IMG/VR virus record: IMGVR_UViG_3300027844_001828
Coordinates: 1 to 64,000 of that record
Direction: 5' to 3' (one strand)
DNA length: 64,000 nt
Below are positions 28,901 to 35,644 of the stretch, piece by piece; position 1 is the stretch's first letter, and each line of letters starts with the position of its first letter. The notes below the pieces were generated by a model, which saw only the letters and a list, made by a program, of their open reading frames with translations, did not search any database and was not told where the DNA came from. Both the position numbers and the translations under genes were made by a program.

Positions 28901-31184
28901 GCAGGATGATGAAGGAAATCTACTTCCCCTTCCAGATGGAACGAGGATATTGACGAGCTTCAAGTTTTATGAGCCAGAAGCCACAGAGGGGCAGACTGAC
29001 AATTCAACATCGGGCGTTATCAATGTTGAACAGTCAATAAGGCAAGACTATGCAATCATGGAAGTTAACGCAAGAATAACAGGTTTGCCGATTGATGTGA
29101 CTGCGAAGATGCAAATAATTATTCAGAGCGATACTAATTGGTTCCCATATATTAACAATCCTATATTTGACAAGCCAACAGCGGATAGTTTGTACTTAAC
29201 TCAGGCTATCGATTCATTGACAGAGTTTGGAGCAAGCCAAATGAATGACGCGCTTGCTCAAGCGGCAAGCAGATTGATAACGGCGGAAGAAACGTATGCT
29301 GGGTGGGTTAAGGCTGTCGTCCTGATATCTAATGGAAGCGAGAACACCTCTGACGTTTCTTATTCTCAAGCAGCAGCTGCGATAAACTCTATTGATGGCG
29401 ACGGGGAGGTCCCAATATTCGCAATCAAGTTAGCGGACACAGATAGCTTCGACACGGTCGTAATGCAAAAAATGTCCAAATTAACATCTGGTGAAATGTT
29501 CAAGATTGGTCAGATTGTTGGAACCGTTGACGCTACGGCTACAGCCGTGGTCAATTCCATCCTCGCGTTAGACAAGTTCAACTTGTTAAGTGGAAAATAT
29601 ACGAACACAGTGGATCTTGGGGAAGACAAGTATTATGAGACGATAAAATTCAATGTTCTTCTTGAGGCTGGAACCTCAATCAAATTCAGAGTTAGATTCA
29701 GCGTCGATAATGTAACGTTTGGGGAGTGGGTGGAGCTTGATACGGCGACATACTCAGACGCCATTGGAAATATCATCCAGACGCACTCCATAGACCTTTC
29801 AAGCATAACTGATTTTTCCAGATACATGCAATATGAAGCGACTATGTTTGGGAACGTGACTACGTTTAAGTCGCCACAGATTCAAAGCATCAACACAGAT
29901 TATTATGAGCCTGGAGAGTACGTTTTATTCTTTCAGCCAATTGAGTTGGAAGGGAACGATGAATTTATTGGAGAGATTATATTTGTCCATGAAGGAACGG
30001 TTCCCACCACATCATCAGTCAAGTATGGTTTAACACACGATATTACATCTGATTTTAATTCTGAATATTCATCAACAGAGCAGCCGTTGTTTAGTTCCGG
30101 CAGATCCGCAATAGTATTGTCGAGGGTTAACGAAAAAACAACGACTGTTGATTATAAGAATTACTATGCAATAAATGGAAGATGGAACGATTCTTATGAA
30201 GTGGATGTCTACAGGGTTTCCGAAGATCAGCCAAAGGGTATCATTGTCCCAGATGGAGACTACTCGGTAGAAAACGCTGAGGGCCTTATTACGTTTATTT
30301 CAGCGCAGCCAATATCTAATGAATTCAATCTTGTGATAAAGCTAAACCCCTATTTTAAGCCAGCTATCGAGATGAGAAACTTCAAGCCAGAATCGGTGGT
30401 CTTGGATAACGTTTCGTTTATCTACAATGTAGTTGATAAAAACGATCTTTTCCCAGCTAATGATCATCGAGATGTCACTGGGCTCGTAGAAACCGATGTG
30501 ACCCCTTTAGGATCACTACAGGGAACGTTAGATGACGGGTTTGTAGTCTCCAACGCCAACGTCGGAAGTGACCAAGACATTTCAATTGATTTCGCAGAAG
30601 TCAGGATTGACGATAACAATGTTTCGTACTTCTGGCTTTTGACAAACTCTACTGGTCCGTATGTAGTAGAGATGCTGACGAACTTGACCAAGGTTGTCAC
30701 CCATACATTTACGGACGGGCCAACATATACTCCAATATCAATGTCGTTTGATGAGGATAATTGGTATCTTGTCGAAAGGACTTCGACAGGGTTGAAAGTA
30801 CACAAGTATGATTCGTTATTTAACTTTATAGTATCCAGTGTTCACTTAGTCGGATTCTTAAAGACGGATGATAGCTTCAAGAACATCAGAAGATTTGATT
30901 CTAAATGGTATGTTACCGAAAGCGACAGGCTCCATATCTTAAATCAGTCGTTCACAAGCATTAGCGAGATTCTCCTTCCGGTTAAGACTTCAGGGCCATT
31001 TTCGGTTGATTCAGAGAACGCCTGGATTGTTTCTAGCTTGAAAGATGTGGTGTTTGGTGTTACATTATCTGGAGCCTCAGTAGGATATTATGACGCGAAT
31101 CAGGCTGTGATTCTAAATAATTTATCCAGATTGTCAGACTTATTCTATAAGGTAAAAGATCAAAAAATCATAGAACTAACGTAA
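22905..31184 (+). CDS. Giant virion adhesin-like protein (2759 aa) with an interrupted vWA domain and invasin-type Ig-like (Big_1-like) domains
   Basis: vWA start 'LILSFVVDSSGSCGWND' and later vWA end 'GASQMNDALAQA...KAVVLISNG...PIFAIKL...LTSGEMF'. Big_1-like 'TTLVADGSSVYNLSASL...DGTIVNFSASGG'. HxH module near 28386. Confidence 0.65.
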   Translation: MIVLSSFQVNTTGTCDNENVILTSSGDPVASWKQDGDLKVRLSKDGLWYTIDDVGVSPSNDVKIGLSSNGNYLLFYLSLTTLRCLEYDFTNSNFRAPVTVATGVDIFEATRNAPSITVAYTQTNKIYTATRDEDSKVWNTGALVVTETGSITDLSIDGETGYTAIAYSIGDEIDVYQSVDSSPFSRIISTGVLANVNLRSVSASSFDLVYTESLGGGNNSIEHVRRDIYVDWATQIVDATNDNNNVDLYSESLKAYVVWVEGGKVRYRERADDNSWSNLVGSTEIDTCDADSEPKILFYASYARVLYKKSGDVYYAGMTPNTQNIVGNFGASSWGGTKHIDNSATAIRSSLVENRISQRIIFTQKELSIGGVSCYLKNKSSDADVTYTLYMDIYYSDISANPYSTPLATTSIASSAIPDQGWAEFDFNLSDLAIPLDGYCFVMSQVGGDENNYASWLSFKDGGTGSKVSNDETTWDLVNGFTRGIMIKGNFDPYANIINVDPAKITNELVTPPAVLSTVKQIELTDLNEGLFDGTKLVNFGSPAYGQVIDQDERISGYTGTDEDWRVVLSDKNLILSFVVDSSGSCGWNDVFGLRKSLMNKIIARLKTKTTGQILFDFVKYGGMLIDDVSVNLTKKVRGVIASIDDVKSVSGFDSDGNPIDSTINPREHLRTGVIAYGYKALKTGTTYQARGVKLGWKDIFHRSVESNWHDFWKVDSPTLSVATNGPESETVLNIALTDSAKDATRFYAANSDDDSRSFLETDLASGSLDTEVFDSTGFEADRRINVLDKDSINTYFIVESVDSVTDIITAEQQSNYSLTAAGAVVETIRPLFVQSGWEATDSMEFFIKDGESKGAIIFFIQCLNGAHMEWEVTPLAEWSSSNLYFIDETAKFDVDAVNSQGENLPDGTLVEFYVDKPPPLGSDELTADGQASSAQASYDLSQDALDGSSVIYLGSTAITALSRNDKVEIIDSNKTYTSAQGSGGPHYSFVSEINADDGYIIITDSLEDDFLTVDSAKLVFPATEIRENDFPLKTEIDIHANIVNVTPTYIGRELDSGLYDGLDKKRSAVADGYDDHNADNEYVYRDSAEMLTTDGYSALRILPVTEDNFLSKDLKEAAANSIFGLTDREKVNADAEPGGLESEDETAVALSSDDDTAKYFEPPADFVMDHRVSVFGGEASTTMKSFASELYAETINGRTYLAKSYEVYTAMTFFKENGNILAQSMLPSFTVSFASPIRMGSEINKTTTYSCPPTEHGEEESNQIVSGTFATDEDSVVVTYNIDDRDFPLPNGVIEVYVYDGMRDEDNANVTDDDIGEPNGCDDKLSSAGGTLIYVGENSTYDSDISKYLLADSYLDPFSFESKQTLVVDNGVATLTLPAIDRVAKFVIHAVYEIEEGKRVVHEQTIYYRSPLVIEYTGPTTLVADGSSVYNLSASLEWRGTDNVDDGTIVNFSASGGDLTPSVSETVSNIASGVEYHPNLQYGVEIVSDDEEAQSLSQNFADRLSGEESTESRSIVITATYQGFSGRTSATLNINDTEDGTGDFFFYCSVDPAEIYSDGEDPSMVVADLQESTNRGFPFIEVVGEDLVESNIGCLFNGPGITVENRLARWTDDLPPDGSFATPDDTPWYAWNRITANEFIGRPKYFPPGRPGSPPACNSPACVLLNVYTRSQKFNSFGRGIDSFTVSFLSSTITGVAKIPKPRIELKEPLGIDVSFEPIDRTEYQTTAWRSTPLGTHPSSHYIDEYNHPIRRDGSAKHYVVAEITWKDKYIVGTAQNPLPKVTFTSGELDVNSENQSYDVSFTENDDYSLDTTEAQVSIARTSFDESHYHVCYVDANGKGLTTETIVFEKGVTVADHVHAIDLNAEEVISYEVFDKVVTNESGSDVEAAVNHTHSPRAVAIISTGSTSDISLPIAVKGEVTYDNGVLLNNGKRVVRTLENYALSKPEKKTDSGSVFTEQYFLEIIPPQQKVEDGLVPGILTSTNKSKPGHTIAYHAWKQDDEGNLLPLPDGTRILTSFKFYEPEATEGQTDNSTSGVINVEQSIRQDYAIMEVNARITGLPIDVTAKMQIIIQSDTNWFPYINNPIFDKPTADSLYLTQAIDSLTEFGASQMNDALAQAASRLITAEETYAGWVKAVVLISNGSENTSDVSYSQAAAAINSIDGDGEVPIFAIKLADTDSFDTVVMQKMSKLTSGEMFKIGQIVGTVDATATAVVNSILALDKFNLLSGKYTNTVDLGEDKYYETIKFNVLLEAGTSIKFRVRFSVDNVTFGEWVELDTATYSDAIGNIIQTHSIDLSSITDFSRYMQYEATMFGNVTTFKSPQIQSINTDYYEPGEYVLFFQPIELEGNDEFIGEIIFVHEGTVPTTSSVKYGLTHDITSDFNSEYSSTEQPLFSSGRSAIVLSRVNEKTTTVDYKNYYAINGRWNDSYEVDVYRVSEDQPKGIIVPDGDYSVENAEGLITFISAQPISNEFNLVIKLNPYFKPAIEMRNFKPESVVLDNVSFIYNVVDKNDLFPANDHRDVTGLVETDVTPLGSLQGTLDDGFVVSNANVGSDQDISIDFAEVRIDDNNVSYFWLLTNSTGPYVVEMLTNLTKVVTHTFTDGPTYTPISMSFDEDNWYLVERTSTGLKVHKYDSLFNFIVSSVHLVGFLKTDDSFKNIRRFDSKWYVTESDRLHILNQSFTSISEILLPVKTSGPFSVDSENAWIVSSLKDVVFGVTLSGASVGYYDANQAVILNNLSRLSDLFYKVKDQKIIELT

Positions 31185-31198
31185 AACCAGCAACTTAT

Positions 31199-32752
31199 AT
31201 GATAATAATATACGATAAAAAAAGCAGGGTGATCGTTGAGAGCCTTACCACAAACTCAGAGGGCGAGCTACCCTCTTCAGACTCTTTGTCTAAGATGTAT
31301 CCAAAAAGTTATAAGAGACTTCTTTGCTGTAACATGGAAATCCCGACAAATATAAGTGTTGTTGGAGCGACGATTGAAATAAAATCTGAGATTCCTTTCA
31401 AGATTTTCAAAGACGATTCGATAGTGTTTGAGTTGACTATAAAAGAGTTCGATCAGAAGCTCAAAAACAAGCGAGAAGAAAGAAGAAACAGCATGCTTGT
31501 AAACTTTCCGTGCGTATTCTCCAAGAAAGGAGTGAGCGGATTCACAGATCAACTTTCACGCTTGCCACAAACCTTTGATGAAATTGGGTTGTCGATGCGA
31601 GATGGTAGTTATTTTGAAAAGGGGTTGATGAAGGTTGGTTGGTGGGGAACATTCATGGATGCTGGCGGCTATGCCAACATGAATCGCGAGATAACAAGAA
31701 GGCTACACAACTATAGGATAATCCCCTATGTTAGAACTTACGCGACCGCCTGTCAGATTGACCCACCTGCTGCTGACTTATTCAGGCAATACGAAGATAT
31801 GAAACCTAAAAAGGGCGATCACCCATTTGTATATGCTTACACTCCGATGGCTCACACTTACCATGGCGGTAAGCGTGTCTTTTTTACAATGATGGAGACC
31901 TCATCTTTACACTCTGTGTTTGTAGACCATTGCAATAGGTTTAGTGATGAAGTCTGGGTCCCGTCTGAGGCTAACAAGGAGTTATTCAAATCAGAGGGTG
32001 TAAAAAAGAGAATCAGAGTTGCCCCACTTGGCATTGATGAAATCATATACTTTAAACAAAGTGTTCCGGTTAAGAAAATAAATTCCTACAAGAGTTTGTT
32101 TGGACCAAAGGTGGAAGATGGCGTGAGGGATTTTAAGTTCCTAACACTGATTCAGTGGAACTTTAGGAAAGGCTATGACGCCTTGATAAAAGCCTTCGTT
32201 AATAAGTACACGGCAAAGGATGATGTCTGCTTAGTCTTTGCCACACAATATTCATTTGACACGGTGTACAACGACTTGAAAAGACATTTACCAAGGAATA
32301 GTGATCTTCCACAGGTTGTCCTGTATAATGACATAATCCCGACAGTAGACATGCCGGGGTTCTACAAAAATTTTGATTGTTATATTCATATGTCAAGAGG
32401 TGAAGGTTTTAGCTTGACTCAAATTGAAGCAGCCGCATGTGGGTTGCCAGTAATATCTAATTGTCATTCTGGGATGACTGAGTATCTCACAAAAGAAAAC
32501 AGTTTCATGATCGACTGCAAAGAGGTTGAGAAGTGTTGCCCAGAGCTTGGTAGCGTTTGCTATTTTTACCAAGGTCAGTACTTGTGGAAAGTTGGAAAAA
32601 AACAAATTAACCAGGCTTCAGAATATATGGATTACGTTGTTAATAATTACGGTAATGCGAAGAAGAAAGCGGAAGTGTTCCATGATGACGTAATAAAAAA
32701 TTATACCTGGGAATTAACCGCAGAACGGATAGCATCATTGCTCAAGAGTTAA
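31199..32752 (+). CDS. Glycosyltransferase family 4 (GT-B) with ~140 aa N-terminal extension
   Basis: 'RKGYDALIKAF' and 'SRGEGFSLTQIEAAACGLPVISNCHSGMTEY' are the GT4 signature; 'DEVWVPSEAN...PLGID' also fits. Confidence 0.9.
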   Translation: MIIIYDKKSRVIVESLTTNSEGELPSSDSLSKMYPKSYKRLLCCNMEIPTNISVVGATIEIKSEIPFKIFKDDSIVFELTIKEFDQKLKNKREERRNSMLVNFPCVFSKKGVSGFTDQLSRLPQTFDEIGLSMRDGSYFEKGLMKVGWWGTFMDAGGYANMNREITRRLHNYRIIPYVRTYATACQIDPPAADLFRQYEDMKPKKGDHPFVYAYTPMAHTYHGGKRVFFTMMETSSLHSVFVDHCNRFSDEVWVPSEANKELFKSEGVKKRIRVAPLGIDEIIYFKQSVPVKKINSYKSLFGPKVEDGVRDFKFLTLIQWNFRKGYDALIKAFVNKYTAKDDVCLVFATQYSFDTVYNDLKRHLPRNSDLPQVVLYNDIIPTVDMPGFYKNFDCYIHMSRGEGFSLTQIEAAACGLPVISNCHSGMTEYLTKENSFMIDCKEVEKCCPELGSVCYFYQGQYLWKVGKKQINQASEYMDYVVNNYGNAKKKAEVFHDDVIKNYTWELTAERIASLLKS

Positions 32753-32754
32753 TT

Positions 32755-33396
32755 ATGATTGGACTTGGTTTAATAACTTTGAATGAAGAAGAGTATGTCG
32801 AAAGATGTATCAAGAGCGCCGAGGGGCTCTATGATGAATTAATAGTTCTTGACCACTTCTCTTCAGATAGGACGGCTGAAATATGCGCCGATCTTGGGGC
32901 GCAAGTCGTTCAGGCCAAATGGATTCACGATTTTTCACTCGCCAGGAACCAACTAAATAATTTATTTACCTCTCCATGGATATTTCAGATGGACGCTGAT
33001 GAACATCTTGAGGGGGAAAAGTTAAATTTATTGTCACATGCAGTTGAAATATCAGAAAACCAGGGTATAGTAGCATGGTCCTTGTTAAGGAAGAACCATT
33101 ATCCTGATCATGATGCAGGATCTCCGTTTTTTGCGGCTCCGTTTTACCCGGACCCGCAAGTGAGACTGTTCAAAAACCAACCTGAGATATATTGGAGTGG
33201 AGCAGTTCACGAAGGAGTTTCTCAGGCGATTACAGAAGGGAATATTGGAACAATAGGACGCCTTTCTGTTTGTCTTCACCATCACATGTTCCGAGGAAAC
33301 CAAGAAAAATACGAAGACTTAAAAGGACAATATTACAGTAACATTCAACAAGGAGTTTTCCATGAAGATGGCCACCCGACTAATAAAGTCAACTGA
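32755..33396 (+). CDS. Glycosyltransferase family 2 (GT-A; WaaE/SunS/flagellin-GT-like catalytic domain)
   Basis: 'LITLNEEEYVERCIKS...ELIVLDHFSSDRT', 'DFSLARN', DxD motif 'MDADE', 'VRLFKN...WSGAVHE'. Confidence 0.9.
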   Translation: MIGLGLITLNEEEYVERCIKSAEGLYDELIVLDHFSSDRTAEICADLGAQVVQAKWIHDFSLARNQLNNLFTSPWIFQMDADEHLEGEKLNLLSHAVEISENQGIVAWSLLRKNHYPDHDAGSPFFAAPFYPDPQVRLFKNQPEIYWSGAVHEGVSQAITEGNIGTIGRLSVCLHHHMFRGNQEKYEDLKGQYYSNIQQGVFHEDGHPTNKVN

Positions 33397-35644
33397 ATTA
33401 GAATTTCTCAATGCCTACAAGCATGAATTGTACTCAAAGGGCTCTGACATTTCAAAGTCCTGGAAGGTAGGCGAGAACCTCGTTTTTGTCGTTGGAGACG
33501 AAATCGCTGGTTTTGCTAACGTTCTTGGAAGGTCTTATCATAGCGATGAGGAATTGTGGCCCGGAGTGACGAAGCCGTTCAGGTTGCCTATAGATTTTAT
33601 AAGGGTTTTCCCCGTTGGTGATAGACCGACATTCTCAGGGTCGGTCCACAAAAATATGCTTATAGAAATATATGGTAAGAATAATTGGGGCCATGTTTTT
33701 GTAAACAAGCACTCTCTCCCAGACCATGTCAGCAAGAGCCTTCTCACCGAGTTGAAAGGGCTCAGAAACATGAGCGAAAAAGTAGACTTCTCATTGGACA
33801 TCTCAATCTCCAATGAGATAAAATCTATCACTGAGAAAATTCAGAGAAAGGCCAAACAAAGTATGAACCAAGACAAAGTTGACTATGAAGAGAAAAGGGA
33901 GACGCTTGTTTTCCGAATGCTTGAATTTGTAAGAAACGATCCAGAAAGGTTGGAGAAGCTTAAACATAAATCTTTCCTTAAGTCACTCGACGAGTCGGAA
34001 AACAATTACTTCAGAGAAGTCAAATACGCTGACGTAAAACATGATGTTAAAGAATTAATGTCAATTCAGGGATTATTCAGACCCAAGTGGAAAGAGTATG
34101 GCCCAGGAACATACGTAGTTGTTGGCGACTCTCATGGTGATCATGCGGAAGCTGGGGTGTTCTCTCTTGTCCAATCATTAAGCGAATACATCGGTGCCGA
34201 TAATGTATTCCATATTGGACATATATTGGATGATAATGAAATAATCAACGAAGACTTGGTGAGAATAAAAGACCTTGTTGTTATTTCAAGGGTGGAAGAG
34301 TCGCCACAGATTGAAGAGTTTTATGAAGACAACTCAACCGGTGACACCGAGCCATTTGAAATTATTCAAGAGGGCGTTTTACTTGGTAATGTAAAGGTCG
34401 CTAATCACGATCTTTCAAACGACTATATGAGTACGAGAGCGGATAGCAAAACAGTAAATAGGAAGGTATTTGAAGAGTCTTCTATTTTGAGCGGGCACAG
34501 ACATGAAATATCCAATACTGCCACAAATGATGATCAGAGAGTCGTCTCTGGATTTCCAGGATGCTTGTGTGAAAATCACGTTTCATCAAATTCGAGAAAG
34601 CCAAGATACAGACAAGACATTCTCGAAAAGTTCTTGAAAAAGAACCCGTGGCATTTGAAAGCCAATAGAAGAAGGATTACGATCAAGGAAGAGTGGGAAC
34701 AGGGCGTTTTTGTTGTCAATGTAAGCGCGGACTATTCACATACGATTGTTCCATGCCGAATCAAAAAAGTAATGATTGAAGGAAGAGAAAGATTTGCCAC
34801 GAGTTACTTCGACAAGATCATTTCTGAAAACGCAGTTCATGAGCCAGACAAAAAGATTTTCGTCAATGGTGATGTTCACGCTCCGCTTCAAGACTCGCAG
34901 GTTCTCCACATTCAGGACCAAGTAGTGAAGGACTACCAACCAGATATTTATGTCAACATCGGAGACATAAGAAGCAGCGAGGGGTTGAATCATCATATCC
35001 TTGATCGTGGAGAGATTCCTAATGAGACCCTCATTGAAGAATCCACTTGCGTCTATCATCTTCTTAAAATGATGTCTGAATGGGCACCTGAAAAGCATGT
35101 CTTGTTTGGAAATCATGAAAGATTCGCTTGTGACTTTATAAAGAAGAACCCTCAATTCGAAGGGCTCATTGATTTCAACTTTATGTGTGGAGTAGAAAGA
35201 CTTGGGTATAATCTTGTTCCGCATCAAGGAACTCTTGAGATTGATGACGTTGTATTCGTCCATGGAGATATCTTGAGAGGTGGAGCGGCAGCGATGGATA
35301 AGTACGCTTCTGCGTTCCCCGACAAGACGGTCGTTTTGGGCCACAGTCACTATCCTGCAATAAGGTCTGAAGTGTACATGATGGGTCTCACCGGATTGAG
35401 AGATCAGGGATACAATGAGAAATCAATAACGAGATGGTGCCATGGATTAGGTTTTGTAAATACCTTCAATGGGGTATCCTGGGCCACATCCATAGCTATT
35501 GAAAGACATTCGATAAGCATAAATGGGAAAAAATATTCCTCAGACGACGATGGTTTTTGGAGGACTTATCGGTATAAAACAGAATTAGTTTATATACCAG
35601 AAGACCCCGAAAGCGAGTTAGATGATGAATTGGCACTTGAATGA
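33362..35644 (+). CDS. EVE/PUA-like domain fused to two calcineurin-like metallophosphoesterase domains
   Basis: N-terminus 'WKVGENLVFVV..EIAGFANVLGRSYHSDEELWP...PFRLPIDF' is EVE-like. MPE1 has GDSHG / GHILDD / NHD / GHRH. MPE2 has GDVH / GDI / GNHE / HGD / GHSH. Confidence 0.7.
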   Translation: MKMATRLIKSTELEFLNAYKHELYSKGSDISKSWKVGENLVFVVGDEIAGFANVLGRSYHSDEELWPGVTKPFRLPIDFIRVFPVGDRPTFSGSVHKNMLIEIYGKNNWGHVFVNKHSLPDHVSKSLLTELKGLRNMSEKVDFSLDISISNEIKSITEKIQRKAKQSMNQDKVDYEEKRETLVFRMLEFVRNDPERLEKLKHKSFLKSLDESENNYFREVKYADVKHDVKELMSIQGLFRPKWKEYGPGTYVVVGDSHGDHAEAGVFSLVQSLSEYIGADNVFHIGHILDDNEIINEDLVRIKDLVVISRVEESPQIEEFYEDNSTGDTEPFEIIQEGVLLGNVKVANHDLSNDYMSTRADSKTVNRKVFEESSILSGHRHEISNTATNDDQRVVSGFPGCLCENHVSSNSRKPRYRQDILEKFLKKNPWHLKANRRRITIKEEWEQGVFVVNVSADYSHTIVPCRIKKVMIEGRERFATSYFDKIISENAVHEPDKKIFVNGDVHAPLQDSQVLHIQDQVVKDYQPDIYVNIGDIRSSEGLNHHILDRGEIPNETLIEESTCVYHLLKMMSEWAPEKHVLFGNHERFACDFIKKNPQFEGLIDFNFMCGVERLGYNLVPHQGTLEIDDVVFVHGDILRGGAAAMDKYASAFPDKTVVLGHSHYPAIRSEVYMMGLTGLRDQGYNEKSITRWCHGLGFVNTFNGVSWATSIAIERHSISINGKKYSSDDDGFWRTYRYKTELVYIPEDPESELDDELALE

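Noticed and set aside
1066-33396. Apparent lack of Shine-Dalgarno sites in structural genes compared with replication genes
   Set aside because: Not consistent: 7785 (GGAG), 15897 (AGGTG) and 4994 (AGGGA) have plausible SDs.
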